Source: Azolla caroliniana (lineage: Eukaryota; Plantae; Polypodiophyta). Taken from it: 64,000 nucleotides of DNA. Location of the stretch: contig JBHGNT010000014.1 of NCBI GenBank assembly GCA_043228905.1, forward strand, positions 11,408,001 to 11,472,000, given 5' to 3'. A program made the translations under genes and the position numbers. Below the pieces are notes generated by a model. It had not been told where the DNA came from and did not search any database. It was given only the letters and a program-made list of their open reading frames with translations. Shown in pieces: positions 24,668 to 36,485 of the stretch. Position 1 is the stretch's first letter. Each line of letters opens with the position of its first letter.

Positions 24668-27600
24668 GATTCAAACTTCTTGTACCATTGGTGTGGAGCT
24701 TGTTTTAGGCCGTACAAGCTTTTCTTCAGTCGACACACCAGTTTCTCTTTCCCTTTCTCCAAAAGCCTTCGGGTTGTTGCATGTAGATTTCTCCATCCAA
24801 CTCCCCATGCAAGAATTCCGTCTTGACATCCAACTGTTCGATCTCCAAATCCATGCTAGCAATTATGCTCAGAACAATTCTAATGGATGTCATCTTAATG
24901 ACTAGAGCGAATATTTCGTCAAAGTCGACACCCTTTTTCTATTGGAAACCCTTCACCACAATGCAAGCTTTATACCTAGGCGCACTGTCGACTTCTCCAG
25001 TCTTCACCTTGTAGACCCATTTGTTCATGAGTGCTCTCTTACCTTTCAGTAGTTCTACTAGGTCATAGGTGTAGTTTTCGTGCAAGGAGTCCATCTCATC
25101 TTGCATCACGTTCAACCATTTCTCTTTGTGCTCGTTGGCAATGGCTTCATCATAGCACTCTGGCTCGCCTTCATCAGTCAAGAGGATGTATTGACTGGCA
25201 TATGTTGTCGGTGCTCTCCTTTCTCTGAATGGGTATCTCCTTCCACTCGTTGTCGACTCTCGTTCGGGTATCACTCCCGACTCTCCTCTTTGCTTGGGTT
25301 CATATATGTTGATCGGCTTCTCAAGGTTGCACAACTCCAACTTGTATTCCTCAATCGACCTTAACAGTTCTGCCGACTCAAACTCATAGTCGGTTAGTCT
25401 CTCTGAGTTGACCAACTCGGAATCGGTTGTGCCGACTGGTTGTCTCCGAACTGCTGACTATGGCGGTTCACTTGGCCTCAAGTCGATAGTAGTAGAGGTT
25501 GACTGGTTAGTCGATTCCAACTTCTGTTGCTTCCAGTCCTCTATGGTATTGTCTTCTAAGAAGACTACGTCCCAACTCCTCACTACCTTCTTGTCGACTA
25601 GGTCCCATAGCCTATAGCCAAACTCATCTTCAGAGTATCCCATGAATATGCATGCTTTCAACTTACTGTTGAGTTTCGCCCTCTGATCCTTCGGTAAATG
25701 CATATACCCCAGACATCCAAACACCCTCAGATGCTGATAGGAGACATCCTTTCCTGTCCACATCCCTTGTGTGACATCGAACTTCAATGGCACTGAGGGA
25801 GAACTATTGATCAGGTAAAGAGTTGTATACATCGCCTCAACCCAATAGGATTTCGACAGTTTAGCATGAGAGAGCATGCTCCTCACTCTCTCCATGATTG
25901 TTCCATTCATCCTCTCTGCAAGCCCGTTCAACGCAGGGGTCTTGATACTGTGTATTTGACTCGAATACCTTCGGCCTTGGAGTATTCCTCAAACTGCCCT
26001 CTATATTCAGCACCGTTCCGCTCTTGCCTAGAACTCCTTGAAGAACGACAATGCTTGATCTTTTGACTTTAATACGAAAGCCGATAACTTCCGACTGTAG
26101 TCATCGATAAAGGTCACAAAGTACTGTTTGCCTCGGTGTGACGAAGCATCTACATAGCACACATCCATGTGTACTAGTTCCAGTGGCACTTCTCTTCTCC
26201 TTGGTGGTCTAGAGTGGAATGTTGCTCTGTTCTGCTTTCCGACTAAGCAGTCGACACACTTCTCCAGGTGCACTCCCTTGACTTCTGGTAGGAGTTTCTG
26301 GTTGGCTAACAGATGCGGTCCCTTCTCGCTCATGTGGCCTAGCCTCTTATGCCATATCTCTCCAGCTGAGTTGGTTGCCACGTTCACTTCCAACTTGCAC
26401 AATCAGACATGCATCATATATAATGTACCTTCTTTCTGTGCTCGGGCCACTATAATATTTCCTCGGCAGAACTTCCACTTGTCATTCTGAAAGTTACCAC
26501 TGTAGCCTTCGTCATCCATCCTTCTTGTCGATATCAAATTCAATCTGATATCGGGGATGTGTCGACCATCCTTCAGAGTTAGCCGACACCCTGTCGACGT
26601 CATCAAGTGGACACTTCCGACTCCGACTATTTTTCACTCTCCACTATCACCCATATTTACATAGCCATGATCCTCGGTTATGTAAGTCGAGAAATACTCT
26701 CTCGACAGAGTTATGTGGAAGGATGCTCAGAGTCAATTACCCAAGTGCATTCTTCGCTCGCAAGGTTTGCACTTGTCTGTTCACAAATGAACAACAGTTC
26801 TTCATTGCTCGTAGCAATGGCTGAAGTGTTCTTCTCATCAGGAATCTTCTTGGGTTCGACATTGTCTCCGACACCCTTGTCTTTTCTCATGTGTTGATAG
26901 TCCTTCTGGAAGTGTCCAAGCTTTCCACAATAAAATCACACGAGCTTACTTCTGGACTTTGACCTAGCTTGAGACTTTTCTCTCCTAGGTGGACTTCTTT
27001 GCCAGTTCCTCCTTCTGCCGATGTGTTGAGTCAAATTTGACTCAAACTAGACTAAACCCTTGTCCTTCCTTCTCGCTTCCTCATTCAGGATGCTTGTCTT
27101 CACCGATTGTAAAGAGAAGTTCTCTTCTTGACATGTGGTGTTGAAAGTAACCACTAGGTTCTCCCAGCTATCCGGTAGTGTGCACATCAACAAGATGGCC
27201 TGCATGGCATCATCGAAGGGAAACTTGGTTGCAGCAAGTTGATTCACATACCCCATGAATGTGCTGATGTGTTCGATGATGCTCTCACCGTCTCTGTATT
27301 TCAGTTGTACAATCTTTCTCATTAGTGAGGTTTTATTGGGGGCGTTCTTCCTCTCATATAGACCTGATAGTTTTTGCCACATCTCGTGGGCATTCGTGTC
27401 GTTCGCCACATGCTGAAGGACACTTACATCGATGCACTGTTAGATGGTGGCCGCCGCCCTTCTGTTGAGAAGTTTCCATTCCAACTCTAATACCCCCGTG
27501 GGTATTTCTACTCTGTCGATGGGCTCGTACAGGTCTTTGACTATGAGAAGATCCTCCATCTTTATCTTCCAGTCTGCATATTCTGAGAGTTCAGAACTAT

Positions 27601-27977
27601 CATTCTCGGGAAGCTGCTCACACCTCCTTCCATGCTTGCACCTCAAGCTCTGATACCAGTTTTTCGAGAAAGGAATCTTCAATCCACAATAAAAGGAATG
27701 CACTGAAATACACAGTTAGGAAACACAGAAGACAATGTGCATTGATTTTATGTGGAAACCCTAAAGCAGAAGAAAAACCACAGAGAACGGAGTTTCACTA
27801 TATATAATGGATATACAAGGATGGGCTTAGAGTACAACACCCTCTAATCTAAGTGTATCATCCACGTAGGGCTCTTACAAAACACAGGTATGGCGCCGCT
27901 CACGCAGTCTCTCCCCCCCGTTCTGACTCTTCTTTGTCGTTCTGAACAACAGAGGATCACACTCTACCTATACGTTT

Positions 27978-29054
27978 TACCATAAAACATATGCTCCATT
28001 GGTATTAATAAAAAGTCCAGAGGCAGTATACAAATAGTACATAATATTGTTTCATCTCCACAGTATATCTGAAATGATTCTAGTATTTGTAAAAACTGTT
28101 GGGAAAAAAAAAAACCAGCCATAAAACACAGCATTGATTCCAGTGATCTGCTGCAAATTCCATGTCCTCCGTCTTTCCAATCATATGTGTCAGGTGTAAG
28201 AAGATTTCCGTCTCTGTAAGAAGATTCACCATCCCAACAGAAGCAGTTGCAAACAGATCCCATTTGCTTTGATCCCCACAACTTATTCACTCTCCCTTCA
28301 TGATGTGCTTCGGCCCCCTCACCATCATCACTCCTAAAATCAACCAAATTGCTTCATTCAGTCCACCTCCACCATCTCGCCGAATGCCACCAATGTCCTG
28401 TGGAATTAACAACAAAATAAATAAAAATTCCTCATCCCCTCATGAGCTGCTTCGATCCCCCCCACCATCATCACTCCTAAAACAGACACATTGCTTCCTT
28501 TAGTCCACATCCACCATCTCGCCGAATAGGACCAATGTCCTGTGCAATGAATCAACAAAAATGAGAAATTGTTCCTCATTCCCTCATGATTTGCTTCGTT
28601 CCCCCACACCATTGTCACTCCTAAAAACAGAGAAATTGCTTCAGTCAAACCACATCAACCATCTCGCCGAATACCACCTCTGACCTATACAAAAACAACA
28701 AAAACAAGTGAATAATGGTTCCTCATCCCCTCATGATTTGCTTCTGTCCCCCCCACCATCATCACTCCTAAAAACAAACAAATTGCTTCAATCAATCCAC
28801 ATCCACCATCTCGCCGAGTACCGCCAATATCCTGTGTAATTAACAACAAAATAAGTGAACAATGATTCCTCTCCCCTCCTTATCTGCTTCAACCCTCGCA
28901 CCAACACCACTCATCCTCACACCATGACAAAGTTGCTTCAAATCCCACTGCCATCATCCCGCAACCTATGAGAACCATAATATCTGTCTTAAGTCAACCC
29001 ATATGTAGGGTATCTTGCTTCCCCTATTCCATCTCACTGATTAGCGCGGCCCTG
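27978..29054. mobile_element. 1.08-kb insertion in the 5' LTR of C, flanked by a 16-bp direct repeat (non-LTR/TPRT-like)
   Basis: CTCTACCTATACGTTT at 27962-27977 and 29055-29070. The 3' LTR of C has a single copy and no insert. Confidence 0.75.
28290..28960 (+). repeat. Diverged tandem repeat, unit about 145 bp, about 4.5 copies
   Basis: ACCATCTCGCCGA recurs at 28371, 28513, 28658 and 28805, each preceded by CACTCCTAAAA. Confidence 0.85.
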
Positions 29055-30121
29055 CTCTACCTATACGTTTGCCCTAGGCGTATTTATACTAGTACATCAT
29101 ATGGGCTAATTACAAGTGTAGCCCCTACTACACATCACTACTATTATTATAACTATAATAATAATAGTCAATAGTTAATTAGTCGACTCCCTATTTGTTA
29201 GCTCTTTGACTATTGGCTCTTCTCGGCCCGAACAATCGGCTCTTCCTTGTCTTCGATTGTCGGCTACTTCCAGACAGTTGGCTCCTCCCATGGGAGGGAT
29301 ATATTCCCAACACAAACATCGCCATCATGTTGTCGGCCTCTTGTTGATTCTCCGTCTCCTTTCCACCCATCTTCATGTCGGGTTCACCAAATGTGTCGCG
29401 CCTTTCAGCGCCAGATCGTTGCGTGAGTCGGGTGGAAACTGCCGAGGTTTTGGACTAGGAGGAGGAGGAATTTTAGAGGAATCTAGTTATGAATAGACTG
29501 TAACAAAGAGAGATAGAAAACTCATGAATCCCACGAGTATAATGTATTTTATTAATCAATATTTAGAGAAGAATATGAATAGATTGAAAGAGAGAGAAAT
29601 AGAAGACTCGTGAATCTCACAAGTATAATATATTTTATTAATTAGTATTTTGAACCCTAATGTTTTTCCTCCAAATTCCACTCCCAATTATAATTTACTC
29701 CCATCCTTATATAGTGATGGGAGAGGTGTACCAATCCATGCTTTTTCTAACTATAGACTTTATGTTTATTCTAACTATGAACTTCATGCTTTTTCTTTTA
29801 ATGAAAGTGTTCGTGCACGCTAGATGTGCATGGATAGCTTTTTCTAACTTTAGTGTTCATACACACTAGATGTGCATGAATAACTTTTCTTTCCTAGAAA
29901 ATATGTGTGAGGATAACGTTTTCTACATTGAAAATCTAATCTTTTAACACCCATGATGTTAGTACAATGGTATGGTTTGAAATTGTTAACATGTAGGTAC
30001 AAGGTTCAAATCTTACCCTATGCATGTAACATACATTTTAATATTTTCTTCCTTTTCGTCATACTTATTCAATTGGGTATTTTACACATTTTTCACGTAG
30101 TGTACAAATTATAGTACGACA

Positions 30122-33100
30122 ACGCTTTCACACACATAATCTTTTGCATGGTATCAGAGCACGAGGGTTAGAAGAGTCAAGTACAGCCGACTCGTGAACA
30201 AGCATAGAGACAAGCTTTTGTCTTCTTGAGAAGAAAAGACAAGAACATGGACAGAGGCATGGGAACCTCACTTCCGACAGAATAGGTCGATAGGAGCAAC
30301 TATGCATCTTGGTCATACAAGTTGCACCAATACATGCTTGGGCATGGGTATTGGAGTTACGTCGAAAGAGAAAATGATGCAACACCGGATTCGACACACA
30401 AAGATTTTCCGTCCTGAGAATAGGTGACAAGTAGAGTTCTGTACTGTTTTGCATCCTGTGTGAGAGATCAACTTTTGAACTATATTTGGGATGCCAAAAC
30501 GCCAAAAGATACGTGGGTGAATATGAAACGAATTTTTGCCGCCAACACAATGGCCAGGAAGCTGCAACTTAGGTAGGAGCTCAACAATGTCCAACAGAAA
30601 CACCTATCTATGGCCAATTACACTTCCCGAATCAAGGAGATCTGTGACTCCCTCACCTCCATCAACATGACCGTCGAGGAGGATGAAATGGTGTAGGTCT
30701 GCCTTGTAGGGCTGGAATCTAGATTCGGATTAATCCGAATGGCGGTCTGCACGAGAGAGAACACAATGTCGTTCTTCAAGCTACAATCTATGTTGCTCCT
30801 TGAAGAATATCATGTGGGTTCATCGACGAGCATGCATACCGACAAAAAGATGTTGTACACGGGGTCGTGGTGGACAAGGTGGTTTCGGCATGCAATGGAT
30901 GAGGCCGACAAGAGCATAACCAGAGACATAATAGAAATGCTGACAATAGTTCTGGACCCTCCACAAGCAGGGGGAGTCAAGGCAGTGCCAAAAGCTGGCA
31001 AGGGAAGGCCGCAACAGACTATTGGTATTGTAGCTAGTAGGGCCATCGAGCTTGGGAGACGTAGATACGCATGAAAGATCGCACTACGCTAAAGGCTCAT
31101 GGTGAGCTGGAACGAACCCAGCCTTCGTGATGAAGACAAGGCCATGGCAACTCGATGGCAGAGAACACCTCGAAATTGGAGGAGGTGTGGTATGTGGATT
31201 CTGGCGGATCGAACCATATGACGAACCACAAGGAGTAGTTCTCAACGTTGGAGAACCCGGAACAACCGGGGGTCGTCGAAACTAGTGACGACACCCCACA
31301 TCCCATCGAGCACATCAGAGACTTCTCTCTGAGCTATGTTGGCTAGAGAGGAATAATGAGGAACATCCTGCATGTCCCAACGATCATCAAGAACCTGGTG
31401 TCAATCTGACAAATTGTTCATCAAGGAATGCAAGTTTGGTTCACTCATCACCTCGAGTACTTTTTTCAAGAAGAAGGTCGTATTATCACGCAAGGGCATC
31501 GAGAAGGGAGGATGCTCATCCTGAAAACAAATGACGTTGACACCACTATGTTTGCCAAAGGGAAAAAGGTCGAATCGGATATCAACCTGTGGCACAAGTG
31601 AGTCTGCCACGTCAACTTCCCCAAGCTTTAGGAGATGCGGGCGAAACAAGTGGTTTTCAGCCTGCTGAGATTTAGTGGCCAAAAAGACCAAATATGTGAA
31701 GCTTGCCAGTTAGGGAAGTAGCACCAACTTCCATTCCCCAACGAGCGCAATCAAAGCCAAAATAAGCTCAATTTGATCCATTTGGATGTGTCTGGGCCAA
31801 CGTAGAACATGAGCATTACAACTTTGTAACCTTCTCGACATTTTTGGGCATGCTTGATTGAGAAGAAGAGTGAAGTGTTCTCCTAATTCCTGAAGGTGAA
31901 AAGACTTGCTAAACGGGAGATGGACGAAAGATCAAATGCCTCAAGATCGATAGCGGAAAAGAGTACTTTTCCGACCAGTTCTCAATCTATCTACAAAAGT
32001 AGGGAATTCGACGCGAATTCTCCTGCAAATATACACTGAAGCAGAATGGCGTACCCGAGCAGAAGAATCAGACCATTGAGGAAGCGACAAGGGCAATGCT
32101 TGAGGAGAAGCATATGCCGAAGTTTTACGGGGCCAAAGCAGTCAAGACGGCCGTTTACATACAGAATCAGATTTCTGCTTCTGGAGCAAAGGTGTCACCA
32201 TACGAGCTGTATTTTGGGGGGAAGCCAATCTGGCACACCTCAGGGTATTCAGCAACATTGCCCATGTGCATGTGCCAAAAGAAGAGGAGGAACTTGGATG
32301 TGAAAGTCAAGAAGTGAATTCTAGTTGGCTACTCGGATGAGCAGAAGGGTTATAAGTGTTATAACCCCCAAACATAACATGCTCGAGTTAGTTGAGATTC
32401 CGTATTTGACAAATCGGCTTCGTGGTACTTGCCTCTGTCTCTAACCCCCATTAACTCGACTCTAAATTCTGAGGATGAGGCCAATGAGGCAGAGACGCCC
32501 CTAGATGAAGAAGAAATCAGAACTCTAGAAGAGAGTTCGATCTCATTTCGGCTAAGTGGGCCAAATGAGGGGCTGAGCCACAAAGGCCAGCTGGATAAAG
32601 CGTCAATGAGCAACCAAGACTCAATCGTGTAGTCTGCACCCAAAATCCCAAGAGAGGGCTTATGTACAAGGATAAGGGAAAGATGAAAATGTTAGAATAG
32701 GCACACAGGCAGTGGCCAGGAGCAAAGATGGACCTCTAGAGATGAGGTCGGAATCAGCCAAGAGGGCCATGAAATCGGTGAACCAGAAATTGCACCAATC
32801 CACCCACCAAAAAAACATTGTAAGTTGGCACGGGTATAATGAGTATATGGTGCATCATTATGCGTATATGGCGAAGTTGGTGGAAGTGTGTGAGCCGAAG
32901 AGCTCCGCTATCATGAAAATGCGCCAGCTAGTGCGGATCATGACGTGGAACCTTCAGGGTTCTGGACCGCAAGGATTTAGGGCTCAACGATTAATGCACT
33001 TTAAGCTTAAGGATGAGAAATTTCCCACAAATAAGGGTAAGATAGTATGAGAGATCGAATCATACTTAATTATAGTTATGCTCAAGAAAATCTTCGAGTA

Positions 33101-36100
33101 AGAGAGTATGTTAGATCGAAAAATACTTAATTATGCTTATGAGTAAACAAAGCTTAGAGCAGGAGAGTATGAATAACACTTAATTATCCTTATACATAAG
33201 AGATTATGAGAGACACTTAATTATCCTTATACATAAAAGAGTATGAAAGAGAAAACATCAAATATTTTATTATTCAATTGGTCAATCTAATCTCCTTTTC
33301 GGGTATAAGAGTATGAGAGAGGAAACATGAAAACTCTTATTCTTTCAATCCCCATCCATCTCTCCCCTCCCTTCCCATTCTTCTTAAGAATAACTCTTAT
33401 TTATACATTTTCTATGGCTTGCTTTTTTTTCTTAGAAAAAAGCTTGTCTATATGAGTCATTTTTAATTTCCATCACTATTTCCATTGTGTAAGCTCAAAT
33501 TATACATGCAAGATATTTTTGGAAAGCTCTTTGTGTTAGCTTTCTTATGAATCTTTTCTTTTTGAATTTGGATATCATATGAATATGTTATTAGTTTTTT
33601 CTCTCTACCTAGATCTTCATATTCACGCCTTGCCTTTTTTCTACTTTTGAAAAACTATGTCTAACTTTTTATTTTTTCATCATTTATTACAAAGGTTGAC
33701 TTGACAATATTATTAGTTTATTTGAACTACTACTTTATTCTCTTTTAATGGTGGTTTCACACTATTTGTTGAAAACATCTCCACAACACAGAGGTAGGAA
33801 AGGACGCCAATTGGCATGTTGCAATGGAGGAAGACATGCGCACCTTAGTGGAGAATGAAACATGAGACCTAGTTGACACCCCCAAGGGCGTAAAACCAAT
33901 CTGATGCCGGTGGGTGTACAAAGTGAAGTACAATGTTGATGGCTTCATCAACTGGTACAAGGCCCCACTGGTGGCCAAGGGCTATGTGTAGCAACACGAC
34001 ATCAATTACGACGAGACATTCGTGTCAATTGCGAAGATGACAATCATCTAAGTGCTATTGGCCGTAATGGCGGCGAAGGGATGGCACTTGCGCCAGATGG
34101 ACGTGAAGAACACGGTCCTTCAAGGAGAGCTTGAGGAATAAGTATACATGGTGCAACCTCTTGAATGCAGTCCGAATTGAACACATCGGCCATCTGCCCA
34201 CTGAAGAAGTCCCTCTATGGATTAAAGCAAGCCCCATGTGCTTGGAATGCTAAGGTCACACAGAGATTGTGTCGGATGGGCTTTGTTCCTTTGGAAACAA
34301 ACTCTTCACTTTTCATCCGGTAGGGTCAGAATGGGCCAGTACTGCTATATGTGGATGACTTGGTCATCGTCGACATCGACTTGAAAGAAATCGGCCTCGT
34401 GAAGTCCCAACTTTCTCCATCATTCGACATGAAGGATATAGGGAGCCTTCATTACTTCTTGAAATGGAATGAGTGGTTGGTCTACAATAATGATGTCGAT
34501 TGGGCCTAAAATGTTGGCAATTGTAGGTCAACATCTGGATTTGCGTTTTCATTGGGAAGCATTGCGATCTCCTTGAGTAGTAAGAAGTAGGAGACAATTG
34601 CATTGTCAAGCACTAAGGCCGAATATAGAGGAGCAGTTGTCGCGACATCCGAAGCCATATAGCTCAAGCGACTATTAAGGGATCTATAGATGGAGGTGTC
34701 CAAGCCATCAGTTATATACTGTGACAATCTTAGCAGCATCCAATTAGCGAAGAACCCCGTCTTCTACGGTTACACGTGGCACATTGAGGTGCATTATCAT
34801 TTTTCCTATGAGCGAGTTCTGTCCGGTGAAGTCAAACTTGTATACATTCCGATGGATCGGCAGGTTGCCGATATCTTCACCAAACCACTCAACCTTGACA
34901 AGTTATGGCATTTTTCGAGTATGCTTGGTTTACAACATCTTGACATGCCGAACTTGAGGGGGAGAAGCGAATGCCAAACTAAAGCTGAGAGGGGGAGGGA
35001 TGTTCGAGAAACTAGTTCAGATTTGGAGTTCGAATACAGAACAACTGAAGAAGTCGTAATGTTGGGGACGGTTAGAAAAGCCAAGGACGTGTTAGACGAG
35101 AGAACAAGTGGAAGGAGATCAACCAAGTATAGACTAGCCAGATGCAGGGGAGTGGCCCAAAGAATGGGCCGAAGCCAAAGCCAACCAAACGAGAGGGAGA
35201 CAACAGAGCCAAGAGAGGCAAAGCCATGGAGAAGAAGGCCAAGACTTAGGCTGAGATAGCCAAGGGCCAAATTGAAGACGAATCGGAAGTAGCCTATTTG
35301 GACAAGAGCGGGAATGAATTGGAGATAGCCGACTCGATCGAGAGTTAGGATTCAGACGATACATATCGTATTAAGGCCAAGCAAACAAGGAGGCAGTCGA
35401 AGACAATGTCAATATGGAGGAGCCAACAATTCGAGGGGCGCCAATGCCGCAACATCAAAGGAGCTGACAAGGGTCTGGGTAGTAGACAAATAGATCGTAG
35501 CGGTTGAGGTACGTGGAACCGGATGGGTCAGGGAGCATTGGACCAAAGGGGTCGTGGGATGTGGGGCCGAACCGCACAAGGAGCGCGAGGAGGGCCTGAA
35601 GTCGACAAGAGAAGCTAGAGGCTAGAACTGGCTGGAGCTGACACATCGGGACCTCAAGTTGAGCTTGAGGGGGAGTGTTTAGTGAACAAGCTCAACATGG
35701 GCCGAATCGGTTGAATAAGCCAAAAGCTGGATCAGATATAGGTCAATTGGCTAGGCCCGAATCGGCTAAATAAGCTAAAAGCAAAATTAGTTAGTCCAGT
35801 CAGATGGAATCCGACAGGTCGTTCGATACCGTAAATGCCTATTTCATTAAATAGGCCTATTATAGGCTAATTTGTGTTAGGCTCAGTTATTGAACATTGA
35901 AGTACAAGTCAGTACTTTATGACAGCCTATCAGAGGGCTTGTATAAAAAGTGCTCTGTGAGCATATTGTATGTACTGAGTACTGAGTCTTTTGATAATAG
36001 AAATTGTGTCTGCTCAGTTAGTCTCTCTCTCTCCTACTCTGTGTATTCCTAACTATCTATTTCTGTTGTTCGACCGAGCCGACTATGTTCGCACATAACG

Positions 36101-36124
36101 CTTTTGCACACATAAATTTTTACA
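30122..36124 (+). mobile_element. Element I: highly decayed Copia element (5' LTR stub 30122-30148, PBS 30149-30160, 3' LTR 35676-36124)
   Basis: iMet PBS, gag/PR/IN/RT/RNase H remnants and PPT TTGAGGGGGAG. The stub matches the end of the 3' LTR, so H appears to be inserted in its 5' LTR. Confidence 0.88.
32905..33785. mobile_element. Unclassified AT-rich insertion in element I without an obvious TSD
   Basis: Splits the conserved Copia codons gagccgaagagct|acacagag (EPxSY). The interior has short direct and inverted repeats (acttaattatccttatacataa). Confidence 0.6.
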
Positions 36125-36354
36125 CAGATATTAAGGGCGAACTACAAGATTATGAATTTAAGAAAACATTAACTTTGCATTGTATACAAGAAATTGATAT
36201 GTTGAGAAAGTGCCACCAAGTATGTCTACTAATTCAGTAAAGATGGTGTGGTTTGGGAGATGATCAGTTCAATAGTCTTATGGGTTTTGTGGGCTAATGG
36301 TTGTATACGTTGGAGGTATCAACCAGCTCTCTAGGTATTTGCTCCATAGACATG

Positions 36355-36485
36355 AGGCAAATGGCCATATACAAGTATTGGATAAGGGAAAGGAACTTCA
36401 TGAGGAGATCAACAAAGGATCGCTAGAAAAACATGTTGGATTGTACTTAGCAATGCTTTGGTAGATATGTATGCAAAATATGTTG
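36355..36485 (+). pseudogene. PLS-class PPR gene remnant
   Basis: Translates with frameshifts to GHIQVLDKGKELHEEI..VLSNALVDMYAK, matching the GxxxHxxI / NALVDMYAKC consensus of PLS PPR motifs. Confidence 0.7.

Larger units (their letters stand above)
22260..27633 (-). pseudogene. Degenerate Copia gag-pol of element C, with RNase H deleted and RT interrupted by element E
   Basis: WKIKMEDLL (gag), WHKRLGHMSE and YFVTFIDDYSRK (IN), LLLNVDDMLI and VPYASAVG (RT). RT runs almost directly into the PPT. Confidence 0.9.
14232..29312 (-). mobile_element. Element C: Tnt1-like Copia element (5' LTR 27662-29312, PBS 27647-27658, 3' LTR 14232-22243 interrupted by D)
   Basis: Matching LTRs, minus-strand iMet PBS, PPT complement at 22244-22260, and TSD CAAAC (14227-14231 and 29313-29317). 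Confidence 0.92.
808..30121 (-). mobile_element. Element H: old tRNA-Trp-primed Gypsy element (5' LTR 29394-30121, PBS 29372-29389), split by elements A and C
   Basis: Minus-strand PBS TGGTGAACCCGACATGAA. LTR termini TGTCGTAC..CGCGACA. The gag frame joins across 29370-29313, 14231-13965 and 1663-808 once A and C are removed, and is homologous to the gag at 59178. Confidence 0.8.

Noticed and set aside
2538-29317. Identical TSD CAAAC for elements B and C as site-specific integration
   Set aside because: All other TSDs differ, and a chance match among about a dozen A/T-rich 5-mers is plausible.
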